Below, in pieces: positions 11,989 through 27,279 of a DNA stretch of 64,000 bases. The notes under the pieces were generated by a model that had not been told where the DNA came from, did no database searches, and saw only the letters and a program-made list of their open reading frames with translations. Position 1 is the stretch's first letter. Each line of letters begins with the position of its first letter. Origin of the DNA: Paraspadella gotoi (Eukaryota; Animalia; Chaetognatha). Made by a program: the position numbers and the translations under genes. The stretch covers positions 28,967,939 through 29,031,938 of the forward strand of contig CM119264.1 in the NCBI GenBank assembly GCA_051294375.1, given 5' to 3'.

Positions 11989-12027
<39 letters not shown>

Positions 12028-12030
12028 CGA
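11690..12030. repeat. Compound (GA)n microsatellite
   Basis: Visible; counterparts at 18280-18620 and 36420-36745. Confidence 0.95.
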
Positions 12031-13784
12031 GAGCTCGTAAAAAGTTGAGTATGAATCGAGATCAGAATTTCTTTTTTCTATTCAGGATTTTTTTTCGATT
12101 CCACGATTTTACAGAATCAAAAAACGTCGATGGTGAACCAGTTAATGGAATGTCGGACTGTTATAACCTTTGTCTAACTAAAAACATCATATGTCTAATT
12201 CTAAGGTTTAAACGAACATATCAAAGAACCTTTGCCCTGGTACTTTCTTTATAATATAAAATCATTCTTATTGTATAATCTTTTGTAACTCTTTTATCAT
12301 GACGTGCGATACCGCTTAAAAAAGCTAATAATTTATATCCCTTGCCTCTTCTTTATTCATGCTATGAGTTTTTTAACATTATAACTATTCAATATTCCTT
12401 TTTAATTTCCCCCTTCTTCATATTTACCAACTCTTTAATTTCTTCCTTCTAACTTAGTTCACAATCTCCCCACATTTTCTCAATCTTAATTATCACAATT
12501 TCTTCACTGAATCTCGACTCATGTTTTTTCCTCCTTTTTGTCTTCCGACCTCACCTTGCATCTGCCTGCATCGGCTTCGCATCGGCTTGCACCTGGTAGT
12601 TTTGCTCGGCTTTTCGTAGATATTTGAAAAGTAAACCTCGGTTCATTGGGAGAAAAAAACTATAAAACAAACAAAATACTGAATTAAACTATTTTGTTAT
12701 CCTTTCTCACTATTACACGTTTCGATAAAAAACGTTTTTCGAAACATGTCCGTCTTTATTATAACAAAGAGCGGAGGACGGAATTTTAGTGATAAAGAAT
12801 TTGTAACCAAAAGGAAAATGAAGGTGAGTCTATTTCAGTGAAACATCGATGGAAAATGCGCGAAGGAATAAAATTACAATGACTTTTTATATGAACTAAT
12901 TTGTTTATCAAAGTAGGAATTCGAAAGAATGGAATTTTAGGCTGAAAAAATATTGACATTTTTGTAATTCAAGGAATTTTCACATTCAATCTTCACTAAA
13001 GAAAAAATCATTGTTTGTAAACAAAAAAAATAAAAAATAAAAAACAATAAAACAATAGAACTTATGTCGAAATATATGGAAAATTTATAAATTTCTTTTT
13101 TTTGCACTGCACTCCATTATGAAATTGAACTTTTTAATCAATAAAAACTTTGTTTTCTCTAGTTAAAATCTCTCGAATATTTTATTTCCTTTTATCCTCC
13201 TTCGTTCCGCAAGTGGCAAGTGAACAATTTTCTTAGCCACACACTACTTGAAACAGGTCAACTTGAAAATTTCTTTTCTCTCTGTCTACAAACTGAAATT
13301 AATTCCACAATGTTTCTGAACATAGCGAATTTTTGGCGTTGAGTATTTGTTTTAAATTAAGGAATTTTATTTGTCGCTTTTTTTTTCGCAAACTATGGAC
13401 TTGGGTTCAATTCACAGGAAGTGGAAACCACATTCAAAATCTTAATGTTTAAAAGAAATATCTTAGAGAGATGCAAAGCGTTCTTGTTATATCCGCATCT
13501 AAAAAACTCCTGACTTTTTTTTCGCGCACCATAGATCATCGCGTTCCCGAGAAAAAAAAGTGGGCGCTGTCTGAATGCCTCGTCTGGCACCGGAGACGCG
13601 ATAGCGGAACTACGCCGCCAGGGGTAGACAGGTAACGGCGCGGCGGCGGCTGCGGCGGCGGCGGCGGCGCGGCTGCGGTGATGGTGGTACTTTTGAAAGA
13701 GGCGCCGGGAAAAGAAATAATTTTTTTCCCCGTTGAACCCGCGGGCTTCGATTTGGGTTCAGAGTCTGATTTTCAGAGACTGGT

Positions 13785-14083
13785 GTGGGCTATGGCGGCA
13801 TGGGTTATTTGGCGGCTTGGGTAGGGCATTGGCGGCGTGGGCATGTTGGCGGCGTGGGCTAATTGCGGCGAGGCATTGGCGGCATTGGCGGCTGGTTGGG
13901 CATTGGCACGTGGGCATTGGCGGTTCGTGGCATTGGGCTTGGCATTGCGGCTGGGTATTGGCGGCTTGCCGGGCATTTGGCGGCTTGGGCATTGGCGAGG
14001 CATGGCGGCGGGGCATTGGCGGCTGGGTATTCGGGCGGCTTGGCTTGCCGGGGCGTGGCATTGGCGGGCGTGGGAATTGGCGG
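13785..14083. repeat. 15-bp GC-rich minisatellite (GGCATTGGCGGCKTG)n, truncated copy
   Basis: Same unit as 38480-38806; ends at the duplication junction. Confidence 0.85.
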
Positions 14084-16844
14084 CTCTCTCCCGTTCCACT
14101 AATATAAAAAGGGAAGGCTGAGAGCCTTTAATATAAGAGAATCAACAAACTAACGTAAAAATTCCTAATATTTGTACAGTATTGTGTAAACCTCTCGTCT
14201 CAAATAAATTAACTCTTTAAAAGTTGAAACTAAAAATAGAAATAACAATNNNNNNNNNNNNNNNNNNNNNNNNNATCGCAACTACTCGTTTGATTGTAAA
14301 GAAAGCGAAAATTCTAAGATACGAAATAGACAACAGTAACTAGCTAGCAACTAACGACGGCACGCTCATTCCATCTCGAACAAAACCTCGTACGTTTTTT
14401 TAAAATGGCTAAAATAAATAAATGATTTTTCGCTTACGAAGTTTTTATTCGTTACGGAATTCCGATCAAATAAAAAAAAATTTTAAAAATTATTTAAAAT
14501 ACGATTTTCGTTTTTTGTTAAGTTTCGATCTTATAATTCATTATAATTTTTATAATGAGAAAATATTTTTTTTTTAAAAATGTATATGAAATTGTACCAA
14601 CTAAATATAAAAATTATCCATTCATTTAATAATTAAGCTATGCCCATTACTTTGGACAGGCTTTGGTGGTTTAAGGCCTTCCATCACTCTTACAAGATAA
14701 TGGCAGGTCTCTGCAAGCTTTTAATGATAGACTCACTCACAGTCTGGTTTATACACTCCCAGAGTAACCTGGCTTCCCTATCAAGGAAGTCGAATAATGT
14801 TTCAAAGAATATTTACAATTCAAATTGCACATAGATTTAAATGGTTCATCGCTTTGCTTTGTAAGTAGCTATCATATCTGCTATGCCTATGGTTAACATT
14901 AATTATTTAGTTACTATGGTAATGGCAAAAACAATATAATTATTTAGCATTTTATCATAATTTTTTTAGCCACACTACGAATAAGTAAGACGAATAACTA
15001 AGTGAAAAAGAATCAAATTATAATGAAAAAATATTTTTGAACAATTTTTAAATTCAAATATCAAAAGTAAACCAGAAGCGCAGAGACAACCGCCGCCAGG
15101 AAGATCTGGCAAAACGCTGCGTCTTTAGGAGTGCCGAAGAGAAAACGTGCAGCGGCACCAAATCCAACAAAGAGCGAGCCAGGGTCGCCGCGCCTTTACT
15201 GGCAGTGAACGAATGAGAGGAGGCCTGAATCCCAGCGAAGAGAGACAATCTCTGAGGGCGATGGGCCGAGAAAAAGAGAGCGTTGGAACAAGGAACTCGG
15301 CGAGACTGGAAGTTGTGACGAGTCGAGGATGCGCATGATGAGGCTGCAAACCAAGGAGAAAATGACCAACGTGAACCAAATATTACTTTCTTTAAAATCT
15401 TTTTTAAACAAGTTTGAGCAAACAATGTCGGATCTGCAAGTTAAGAAAAAGATGCAAGTTAAAAAAATGATACAAGTTGAAAAAATGACGCGAAAATTTT
15501 AAAAATGATGCAAATTGAAAAAATGATATGAGTTGAAAAAATGATGTGAGTGGAAAAAATGATGCGAGTTAAAAAAGATTTTAAAAATTGTGATTTATCA
15601 TCTGATTAGCTGATTACCGCTTAATTATCGTAAGCAGATCCGACATTGGTTTGCTCAACTTGTTTTTTTGATATCCAGTTCACTAATCGTAATTTAATCA
15701 AAAACCTATTAAACAATGAAAGCGCAAAAAAAAATTATTATAAAGTCTTGTCGGTTAACGAGTATGAAAAAAACAAGTCGGTCACTCTCAATTCCCAATA
15801 TTTACCAACTGCAATACTTTATATCTTAAAAAATGATATTTTTTAAACTTGTATAATTTCCAATTTGCAATAATTTTTTTAAACTGCATAATTTTTTAAC
15901 TTGCAGCATTTTTTTAGACTTTTAACTATCTAGTTATCGAGTTTCATTAGTGAGGCAGTGAGGAAGTTGAAATGTGAGTCCATTTTCTTTGTTTCATATC
16001 GATTCAAATATTTTTTGTTTGAATTTCTATTTAAATTAGATTACTGCCAATATTTCAAATTAGATTATGGTAATTTTCTTGATAGTAAGGGACTGGCGAG
16101 ATCACTATTCTTTTAAGATTTTTTATTTTGTTTCCCTTCGAGTGATAAAATGTTTCATAGAATGTTTCAATTGTATAAAAGGACACTTCGTTTTTCATTT
16201 TTTAACTCCTTTACCTTCTCAAAAGAAAAACAACCATTTAACTCAAAAAGAAAAAAAGCTCAGAAAGACGTCGCCAGGCAACGAAACGCCTGTCAACGTC
16301 GCCAGGCAACTTAACGCCAGTCAACGTCTCTAGGCGACCGAACACCTGTCGAACGTCCATCAAACTTCACTCTAGTTTGACGTAGAAATTCGTCACAATC
16401 ACGCTTGATTCTTTCACATCACAATTCATTAGATCCATAATAAATTTCATTTGGACTTGTGAACGCACGACGCGTCGGCATGACAACCAGAGTCCGTAAA
16501 AAAGTTTCCCAAAGACCAAAGTAATGATCCGATCACGTGAATCGTGACTTCGTACTCCATTTCGTGCGTGACTCTTGCGACTTTAGTTTCTTGATTGTTG
16601 TGAAGTGAAAAGCTTGGTTGAGTAAAAGTGCTGGTTAAAACGGTTTTTTTTTAGAAAGTGAATGGTTTACAAATGAAAAAAAATTATACCTGCCACTGGA
16701 GTGTCTTGTAATATCGAAAAGGAATCATGAAAGAGCCAATTTTGGAGGCATACCTAAATTTGATGCTTGCATAAAATCGCGTTCTATCACGGGAGTGATT
16801 TTTTAATTACGATTTAAGGCAGAGTTACTCAGCTACTATATATA

Positions 16845-17459
16845 TTAGGCCGGAACAGGTTTGAAAACTAGAAGTTCTCTCAAATAAATAATGATAAAAA
16901 GTGACTGTTAAAAATATGAAAATCAAAATAATTTTAAAAAATTATGCTTATTAATAGCGCACGGAGCATTTAAAGATTATTTTATTACTATATAAATTAA
17001 AAATTTTTTTTTTTGAATTTTTCAATTTTTTTAATGGATTCCGATAGAGGCTTTAAAAGTTAGATAAAGGTTATTAATACAAATTTTAAAATTTTTTTGT
17101 TTTATGATAAAAATTTTCAAAAACTATAAAAATTCAGCCAATGATGATGATGATGATGATTTTTTAACGTTTTTTCTGTTTTAACAAATTTCTTGTCAAA
17201 ATTTTTTAAAAAATTGTAGAACTAATTTTCATTTTAACTTTTCAAGCTCTATAGGAATTCGTTCTTAAAAACTAATTTTTTTAAAAAAAATTTTGTCAAT
17301 TGTTATATATTAATAAATATTTAAAAGCTTCAGTGCAAAACCCAATGAAACTAATTCAAAAAGTTGCATTGAAAATCGATTTAGTAATAGACAGGAAAAA
17401 AAGGAATTTTTTTGAGAGAATTAAAAGTATAAAAGTGTTTCAATTTTGGCCCGCCTTAA
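16845..17459. mobile_element. ~615-bp non-autonomous TIR element (Tc1/mariner-like MITE) inserted in a TA run
   Basis: Absent from the homologous sites at ~10870 and ~35595. Imperfect TIRs TTAGGCCGGAACAGGTTTGAAAACT vs reverse complement TTAAGGCGGGCCAAAATTGAAACACT; TA on both flanks. Confidence 0.75.
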
Positions 17460-18289
17460 TATATATACTGTTAAACATGTTCATGAACATTCTAAAGTCC
17501 ATTCGTGTCTTTATTGATGTTTTCTAGCAGTTTTAACCCTTTTATTAACCTTTTCTATCAGCTACACTTTTTCTCCAACTGCACCAGCATTGATTATGGC
17601 GGGAAAATGAATCGTCGCATCTTTTCTCGGAAAATCGATTCACATTTCGTGAAGGCGTAAGACAGCGTATCGCGAAACGATCTCTTGCGGGTGAGATCGG
17701 ACGAGTTCTCAATCTTCCTACGCTTTCTTTCTTTCTTTCTTTCTTTTTTTCTTTCTTTCTTTCTCTCTTACTTTCATTTCACTTTCCCGTTCTCACCTTC
17801 CCTATACTACATTGCATTTTAAGTCACTGTAACCCAATCTTCATTAATAATTCGGTTACATCTGCCGTCCTTTCTTTTCTTCCTGTTACTCCTTTCTTTT
17901 TCTCTACAGTTTGATAATGTTTAGTACTTTTCTTTTGCTTCTTTAGATAAGAAAGCAAGTTTGATATTTTTTTTTCTTTTTTCCCCTTCTCTTTTCTCTC
18001 ATTCTATTTTTATTTCTTTCCCCGCAATCACCAGGGGCATTACCCATTGTTCCCTCGTGTCGTTTCGCAACGCTCGGGCGCCGCAGACTAATTTAAATAA
18101 GAAAAGTGTTTACATAAACGCGCTCTATAAATGGAAGACGTTTAGAACGGATGTACATTCGAGATGAATTAAAAGTTTTATTCTTTGGGAAAATTGCCTT
18201 TGCGGTTTTTCTTTTGTCGGCTATTGAGAATATGTACGGAGATGAAAAGAGAAAGTTAAAGAACGAGATACGGAAAGAGAAGAGAGAGA

Positions 18290-18368
<79 letters not shown>

Positions 18369-18399
18369 AGAAAGAGAGATTAAAGAAGAAGACGAGAGA

Positions 18400-18434
<35 letters not shown>

Positions 18435-18585
18435 GAGAGAGATAGAGAGAGAGAGAGAGAATAAGAAAGAGAGAGAAAGAAAGAAGAGAGAGAAGAGAGA
18501 GAGAGAGAGAGAGAAGAGGAGAGAAAGAGAGGAGGAGAATAAGAAAGAGAGAGAAGAAAGAGAGAGAGAGAGAGAGGTGATGGAC

Positions 18586-18616
<31 letters not shown>

Positions 18617-20439
18617 AGACGAGAGCTTCGTTAAAAAGTTGTAGTATGGATCGATGTCAGGAATTTCTTTTTTCTATCAGGATTTTTTTTCGATTCCACG
18701 ATTTACAGAACTCAAAAACGTCGATGGCTGGAACCAGTTAATGGAATGTCGGGACTGTTATAACCTTTGTCTAACTAAACCATCATTATTGCTCTAATTC
18801 TAAGTTTAAACGATCATATACAAGAAGCTTTGCCCTGGTACTTTCTTTATAATATTATAATCATTCTTATTGTATAATCTTTTGTAACTCTTTTATCATG
18901 ACGTTGCGATACGCCTTTTAAAAAAGCTAATAAGGTTTTATATCCCTTTGCCTTCTTTATCCATTGCTATGAGTTTTTTAAAACATTATAACTATTCATT
19001 AATATTCCTTTTTAATTTCCCCTCTTATCATATTTACCAACTCTTTAAATGTTCTTCCTTCTAACTAGTTCACAATCTCCCACCGATCTCAATCTTAATT
19101 ATCACAATTTCTTCATGAATTCTCGCTCATGTTTTTTCCTCCTTTTTCTTTCCGACCTCACCTTGCATCTGCCTGCATCGGCTCGCATCGGCTTGCACCT
19201 GGTAGTTTTGTTCAGGCTTTTCGTGAGATTTTTGAAAGGTAAACCTCGTTCATTGGGAGAAAAAAACTATAAAACAAACAAAATACTGAATTAAAACTAT
19301 TTTGTTATTCCTTTCTCACTATTACCGTTTCGATAAAAAACGTTTTTCGAAACATGTCGTCTTTAATTATAACAAAGAGTGCGGAGGACGCGAAATTTTT
19401 TAGTGATAAAGAATTTGTAACCAAAAGGAAAATGAAGGTGAGTCTATTTGCAGTGAAACCATCTGAGGAAAATGCTTGCGAAGGAATAAAATTAACAATG
19501 ACTTTATATGAACTAATTTGTTTATCAAAAGTAGGGAATTTCGAAAATGGGAATGGAATTTTAGGCTGAAAAATATTGATTGACATTTTTGTTAATTCAA
19601 GGAATTTTCACATTTCAATCTTCACTAAAGAAAAAATCATTGTTTGTAAAACAATAAAAAATAAAAATAAAAACAATAAAAACAATAGAACTTATTCGAG
19701 AATATATGGAAAATTTATAAATTTCTTTTTTTTTGCACTGCACTCCATTATTGAAATTGAACTTTTTAATCAATAAAAACTTTGTTTCTCTAGTTAAAAT
19801 CTCTCGATATTATTTTATTTCCTTTATCCTCCTTCGTTTTCCGAAGAGTGGCAAGTGAACAATTTTCTTAGCCCACACCTACTTGAAACAGGTCAACTTG
19901 AAAATTTCTTTTCTCTCTGTCTACAAACTGAAATTAATTCCACAGTTTTCTGAACATAGCGAATTTTTGTTGGCGTTGAGTATTTGCTTTTAAATTACAG
20001 GAATTTTATTTGTCGCTTTTCTTTTCGCCAAACTATGGACTTGGGGTCAAATTCACAGGAAGTGGAAACACATTCAAATTCTTATGTTTTCTAAAAGAAA
20101 TATCTTAGAGAGATGGCAAAGCGTTTGTTAATTCCGATTCTAAAAAACTCCGACTTTTTTTTTTCGCGCACCATAGATCATCGCGTTCCCGATAAAAAAA
20201 AAGGTGGGCGCTGGTCTGAATGCCTCGTCTTTGGCCACCGGAGACGCGATAGCGAACTACGCCGGCCAGGGGTAACAGGTATACGGCGGGCTGCGGCGTT
20301 GCGGCGGCGGCGGCGGCGCGCTGCGGTGATGGTGGTACTTTTGAAAGAGGCGCCGGGAAAAGAAATTAATTTTTTTCCCCTTGAACCCGCGGGCTTCGAT
20401 TTGGGCTGTCAGAGTCTTGATTTTCAAAGACTGGGGTGG

Positions 20440-20985
20440 ATTGCCGGCTGGGGTCTTTGGCGGAGTGGGCATTGGCGGCTTGGGGTATTGGGGCGAGAAA
20501 ATGCTGGCATGGCGGCTTGGCATTTGGCGGCTTGGGGTATTTGGCGGCTTGGGGCATTGGCGGTGTGGGCATTGGCGGCGTGGGCATTGGCCGGCCGTGG
20601 GGGGCATTGGCGCGCATTGGGTCATTGGCGGAGTGCGGGGCATTGGCCGGCCTTGATTGGCGGCTTGGGTATTGGCGGCACGAGGGCATTGGCGGCGTGG
20701 GCATTGGCGGTTGTGGCATTTGGAGGGCGTGGGCTATTGGCGGCTGGGTATTGGCGGAGTGGGCTGGCGGCTGCCGGCATTGGCGGCTTGGGTATTGGCG
20801 GCGAGATGAGCGGCATGGCGGCGTGGGCATTGGCGGCGTGGGCATTGGCGGGCTTGGGGTATTGGCGGGCTTGGGCATTGGCGCGGCAGTGGGCATTGGG
20901 CGGGGTGGGAATTGGCGCGCTTGGGGTATTGGGGCGTGGGGCATGCTGAAGTGGGCATTAGCGGTGTTAGTATTGGCGACCTGGC
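20440..20985. repeat. 15-bp GC-rich minisatellite (GGCATTGGCGGCKTG)n, noisy copy
   Basis: Same unit as 38480-38806 with many indels. Confidence 0.85.
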
Positions 20986-22805
20986 GGAGTTTTGCATTGC
21001 CACTGTCAGCGCGCGGCATTTGCGGTCTGGCACAGGCATTTATATTTGTTGGCGATGGCTTCCTTGACGTTGGCGTTTGACGTCATTGGCGTTTGATGCA
21101 GCATTGGCATAAGATTATGCAGTATTGGATTTCGGTGTTTTGGCGTTTTAGGGGCATTGACACTGGCTATGGCGTTGTAGGCATCGGGGATCGGCGGAAA
21201 AGGGTATTGAGATTTGTCACCTTTTGACAATTGCTGTATCAGCATTTTCGGCATTAGCGGAGTTGCAGCGTCGGCAACGTCGGCGTTGAGCGACGTCGGG
21301 CAACGTCGCAACGGTCGGCGTGTGCGACGTCGGCGTCTGAGGCCGTCGACGGCGGCGAAAGTTGGCTGTTTGCTTTCACGCCCGGTCTTGGAATTATGCG
21401 TCTGAGTCATGTGCTGAATGAGCCACCCGCCACGCCGCCGCTGCAGCCGACCGACCGCCTGGCAGCGCCCCCGCCGCCGGCGCCGCTGCAGCCGACGCCA
21501 ACTCTGACTCTCTGTCTTCCGAAATCGGTTCTCCGTTTTTCACTGCCTCACCTTAAAGTTAAGGAAAAAACCTATCAAGTTTCGTTATTGAATATTTTTT
21601 GGTATTTTAGGGATAAACTTGTTATAAATGTTTATAATATGTATTGTAGCAAAATTTAAAAAAAAAAGTAATTTTAAAGAAAGTTTCAAAAGGTACGTTC
21701 GGCGCTCACCTCGCCTCAAAATGTGGGTCTTTCTTCTTCCAAAAGAGTTTTATTCCACTAGTAACTGATTCGACCTTTAATTTCCCGCCGCTCGGTTGTC
21801 TCTCCTGAATTTAAGTCGTTACTGCAGCCGAAAGATTTGTTGTTTCAGGAATATTATACCAACGAGGCACTCAGACTTTCATAGTTAATTTTAATTATAA
21901 TTTTCGGTTCAATCATTCGTGACGTTGCCCTTCTCATGGGGCTAAACTTTTTCTCTTTTTTTAATTTTTTAATTTCATAACTTTTACTTATTCATATTCA
22001 TTACTCAAAATATTCGTACAAAATTTATCGCCATTTTTGTAAAATAAGTCTTGAAAGCAGAGGGAAACTTAAACAATAATCTTTTCTAAAAAACTCCTAA
22101 TTTCTCAATGCACATTTAACTATGTATTAAAGAATTTCCGTCCTTCTCTACCATCCTCTCCCTTTACTTTCCCCCACCCTTCGTTCTTCCCCCGCCCCCC
22201 CCCGCCCCTTCCACGGCGTTGTTAAAAAGGGCATCAAAGATTCGAGTCAAAGATCGTCGACTCGTTTTATGTTTGGAAGAAGGAAAAAAGGTTAAACAAG
22301 TTTTTTTTTTTTCCCTCCGGCGAATTTATTTCGGGGTTTTTTTTTGTCTGAAAAGATTAAAGGAAAGGAAAAATAAAGAGGTGGGGGTTGAAAAGGAAAA
22401 AGAGAGAGAAAGGAGAAAGAAAAAAGGGAGAAAGAAGAAAAAAGGTTAAGAAAGAAAGCAAAAAGGGAAAAAAGAAAGAGAAACAAAAAAGTAAGACGAG
22501 AAGAATGATATCTGTTCACGCGACAACAACAACCACGAATCAACAGCTGAGGAGGATGGAGATGCACATAGAAGAACAGGAGAGGAAGTTTGCTTGCTCC
22601 TGAGCGATGAGAGGAGACGAGCAAGCGAGGCAAGGAGTGCGAACGACGAAACTAGATCAAATCTGTTCATGAGCGATCTGGGACTTAACTTTACCAATAA
22701 TTGCCAATATTTGAATTTACACGTTTCTGTCTCTGAAATTTATGTAAATAAGAAATAAACAAATAGTCAGTTTTAAAACGAATTATTCATGGCTTCTCGT
22801 TTATG

Positions 22806-22848
22806 TGGGGGCAGCGGTGAGATTCGAACCCACGCCTTCCGAAGAGAC
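22806..22848 (-). pseudogene. tRNA-Leu 3'-half fragment (copy of 40547-40588)
   Basis: Reverse complement reads GTCTCTTCGGAAGGCGTGGGTTCGAATCTCACCGCTGCC-C-CCA. Confidence 0.75.
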
Positions 22849-23876
22849 ATGAGAGAGAAAGAAACAAGTTTGAGGAAACAATGCCGGATCTGCACACGAT
22901 CCTATTAGCGTAAGCAGCTGATTAGATAATTAATTAATTAATTAAATAAAATAATTTTTAATATAAAATTTTTTTTCATTCGCGTAAAAACGTTTTCCCG
23001 GTCTCCCAATCAATCACAAATTAATTTAATAAATTGATTACAAAATAATGTAAGTTACTAATTTCAATACATAAAGAAAAAAACAATCAAATTGGAAATA
23101 TATTTTTTTTGTTTTTTTCCATTGAACTCATTTGAAGTTCATTCACGCCTCTCTAACTTGAGTAATGTACCATGCTTCCATGCTTACATGAATGAGTTAA
23201 AATAAAAAATTCTTAGCCAAATTCCATCTTTCTCTCTATTTTCGTAAGTAATTTACCAATGAATCTATTCATTAAAGTAAAATACACAATTGATAATTTG
23301 AGAGTATATATAACCCACAGCAATTTAGTATCCCGAGCCCGGCATTCAGGCAACAGTATCATTAAACTACTGCTACAACTACTCCTCAAATTAAGTATAA
23401 ATTGTAATATGAAAACAACAACAACCAGATAAATGGCATCAGGATAACAATGCATAACCGCTGAACAAACCGCTTTGACCAAAGCAATACGATAACAGAC
23501 AAACCAAGCATCAAGCAATAATAATTATCCGGGGAATAAACTAAATGTTAAGACTAATGGTTTTGTAAAATAAATTACATTTAAACGATAAAGAAAAGAT
23601 CTGAAACTAAAAAAATGTATATCTGAAATAATTGGGGGCCCTAATCAAACGAACTTTAATTACTCAACCAAATTTTCTTAAGCAAACAAAATAACAAGAA
23701 TTTACTCCAAACAAAATAGCCTCAAGCCAACAAATAACTTGAATTACTCAAACAATGGCTCATGCAAACAAATAACACAATTCTCAACCAATGGCTCATG
23801 CAAACAATAACTACATACTCAAAACCCAATGCCTCAAGCATACAAATAACTACAATTTACTTCAAACCCAATGGCC

Positions 23877-26800
23877 TCAAGCAAACCAACCGCAAAAGAT
23901 TTCCATAGAAGAAAACGAAAGAGAAGTGACGGATGCCAAGAAAGATGAGAGGCCATCTCTCTTTCTTGGCCTCAGCCAAATCCTCTTGGCTCAGAATGCC
24001 GTTCTCTCTCTCCTTTCTTTTCTCCGTTAGATCAGGCGAAATTTTGGACTTGGCGAATGAGATGAAACGAAGTAGAACCGACTTTCGAAAATGCCGACCG
24101 ATTGGCACGCAAGATTTCTTGCATCGGAGTCATTTCTCGTTTGCCTGGACCAATTTAAAAATTATTTTGTTGGTTGGTATTTGTTGGGTTGGTCAGCGTG
24201 CTAGTTGGGTCAAAAGATGAATCAGTTTGGTCATTTGTAAGGGTTGGTCGGGCGTGCTAGTTGGGTCAAAAGATGAATCAATTTGGGTCATTTATCATGG
24301 GTTGGTCGGCGGTGCTAGTTGGGGGGTCAAAAGATGAATCAGTCTTCGGTTCATTGTCTTGATGTCGTTTGCCTTAATAGGAGTTTGATCCTGTTGTTGG
24401 AGGCATTTAATCTTTACAGTCTTAAAAGTCAACCAATTCCTGGCAATTTTGAATTTGTTAAATCTTTCTTCACTCAAATCATTTCCAAATGGATCTATAA
24501 AATGTGCTTATTTCATTCCAATAAAAAAAAAAAGAAGATAATCAATTTTCGCTAATTTTTAATTAAATTAAATCATTACCTCGCTTGAAAAAACACAATA
24601 CAATGAAGCCAAAGAGTACTAGCGAGCGATTGATCCCCAAAAAGCCAAAGACATAAACCATAATATTCGCACCATGAACCAAGTTGAAAGTGAAGCGCAA
24701 AATTACTTGAAGGACCTAAAGGTAGAGGATAATTTATAAGTACAGGACATATGTATATGTATTGTTTTGTCTCATATCCACCATTAATGAAAATTTCAAC
24801 ACAACATTTCAAATTAATATTTTCTGGTTTTGTGCTATGTTGTTGCACGTCAGAATTGTTCCATCCAAACATGATTTAAAATCAAACAAAAAAAATTGTG
24901 TTGACCTGGCCTCATGAGCCCCATGAATGGCTTGCCACGATGGACCAAGAGAAAAAGTGATAAAAACGCTGACTGTGTGAAGTTTTCCAGTTCGAGCTCC
25001 CAAGACTCATATTCATGGAGAGGAACGAAGGCGCGACGCGTGAAAAGAAGCAGCTGAAGGAAATAACGAGAAAATATTTCAAATCTTGTTACGGAAGTTG
25101 CGTACGAAATGGACGAAGCAGCAATTTTTAGTAAGGGTACTTACCCGTGATCATCGACGCGGAACGACAGTCCGTGAGCAGCGAACCAACTGCGTTTCCC
25201 AAGATTTTTCCGTTTGTCCTCCTTATCAAACGGAAAGAAGTTGGAAATGGTGACTCCTAGAGCACGCGCCGATCCAAGCGATCGACATGAATGTTCATGA
25301 ATGTTCATGAATGTTCATGAAAATGTTCATGAATGTATCATGAATGTTTCCGTGGAGTCTTTGCGCTGCAGTTGTCGTTTTCAGTTTGTTGGTTGCCGGT
25401 TGTCTGTGGTTCCGGTGGGTTCTCCATTGGCGCCGCTGAAAAAGGGAGGCATCTTGTACGACCTGCTTCTAAAGTTTAGGGTCACGTCTTCTTAATGTCA
25501 CATATGTCTCGCCTCTGTATCCGTGTTCCAAAAAGCAAGGAAACCCTTAAATCTGACTAGAAATCATCGTTTTGGATTTTTTGTTTGCATTGAATACATT
25601 CTGGCATTAACTCGGGTAAGAATTAACTTTTAAAAACTCTTTAAAATTTTAAAAAGAAGTAAAAATGGAGACATGAAATATACACTGGTACAGTTACGTT
25701 AGTACTTTAAATTTTTGTAATTTCTCAATTATTATTTGTAATTAAAATAAAAATTATTTTCGAAGATGTTTTTTATCTCACCTAGTTTGTATTTCGATCA
25801 CTGTAAAAGTCCCTTGTCATGGGTTTTTTAAGCCGATAATTTTGTGTCAATAGTTCGCAACTTCTCCATGGGCAAAGAAAAATGACCTGGAATTTAAGAA
25901 AAGTTAAAAACTAGTTTGTTCGGCCAATGTTAATTCTAACCAATGTAAAAATATTTTTTGTATTTTAAAACTGCACCTGACACAACTCCAAACTGCTCCT
26001 GACAACAACTCCAAACTGCCACCTGACAAAACTCCAAACTGCACCTGACACAACTATATGTCATCTACCTGTATGTTCATCAATAGGATAAAACTTTGGA
26101 GTCATTGACTTCATCTCTCGGTGTGAAGTTGCATCAATTGTGAGTGTTGAAGGCGACGGCAGCAGATATCTGGTCAGGGCCTGGGCAAGCACTGGATTGT
26201 AATCATTGATAAAAAATTTTAAATATCGGTTGCCAATATATATATATATAAAAAGCCGTTATATTCTTTAACTCTGACCAAACTTGGGATTTGACATTAG
26301 CGACGTTTCCAAATGGGTTAATTGTGTTCCCACGAGGCGCCACCTCAACGCTCCGCGTTCAACGTCGCACAGTGGATAAAACGCTGTGATGAATATTATA
26401 TCAATTTTATTTTTATATAATTTTGGTACAACCAATGTGAAATTTCTAATTTTTTATTAAAACCTGCTATCTTGCGCCTGACATTGGACAATTGGACAGA
26501 CTATAGTGGGTTAGTCCTCATCTCTCTCACAAGATAATAACAAAGAGGAAACTCATAGCTTTTAATCAGACTTTCTCTTCTCTCCATAGGTTTATTTACT
26601 CCCACAGTGCTTGGCTTCCTATCAATGAAGTTGTTATAATGTTTTAAAGAACTTACCACTCCCTAACTTTAGATAAGGAGAATTACTATACTTTGTTATT
26701 TATGATATTGGCTACATGCAATAAAAAAATGATCCATCTGATGCGACTTATGATCGGTTGCTCTCTCTCTCTCAAACCCTTTCTCTTTCCTGGTGGGGAC

Positions 26801-27279
26801 GCCGTAAATCCACTCGGTCGCCTGCACAATGTGAGGCTTATATCGCCCTTCGATAACTATTTGGAGTTCTCTTAGCACTCACCCGTTCCTTACCTGTCCA
26901 AGCCCATCTTCGCAGTCCGTGGAAAGGCCCATGGCGATTATAACCGCTTCCATTTTGTGATTCGTTTTTCCGGTGAAGTCGAAAGTCCAAGTCACGTTTC
27001 CGGTTTCGGCATCCATATCAGTTGGGTATATGCAATCGCTTCCTATCGTTTGGAATTTTAGGTTCGTTCATTATTGAGACACAGCAATGACGAAGATAGT
27101 CGAAAAGGTTCGCATCGGGCATTTCGTCCCTTACGCAATCATTGGGATGTTGAGAGTGCAACCAAGAGCCGAATTGCTGAAGCGCGTGTGACGGATTTTG
27201 AGGTACCGTTCTGACCAATGACGTCACGCTTATTCGTCACGATCATCACCCAACTCAGTGATTTTGAAGGGAGTCCCAT
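23877..27279 (-). pseudogene. DOMON + cytochrome b561 (FRRS1-like) gene, disrupted or error-rich copy
   Basis: Same exons as 41601-46665 but with many frameshifts and a (ATGAATGTTC)~6 expansion at 25288-25350 in the first b561 helix exon. Sequencing error cannot be separated from true decay. Confidence 0.65.
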
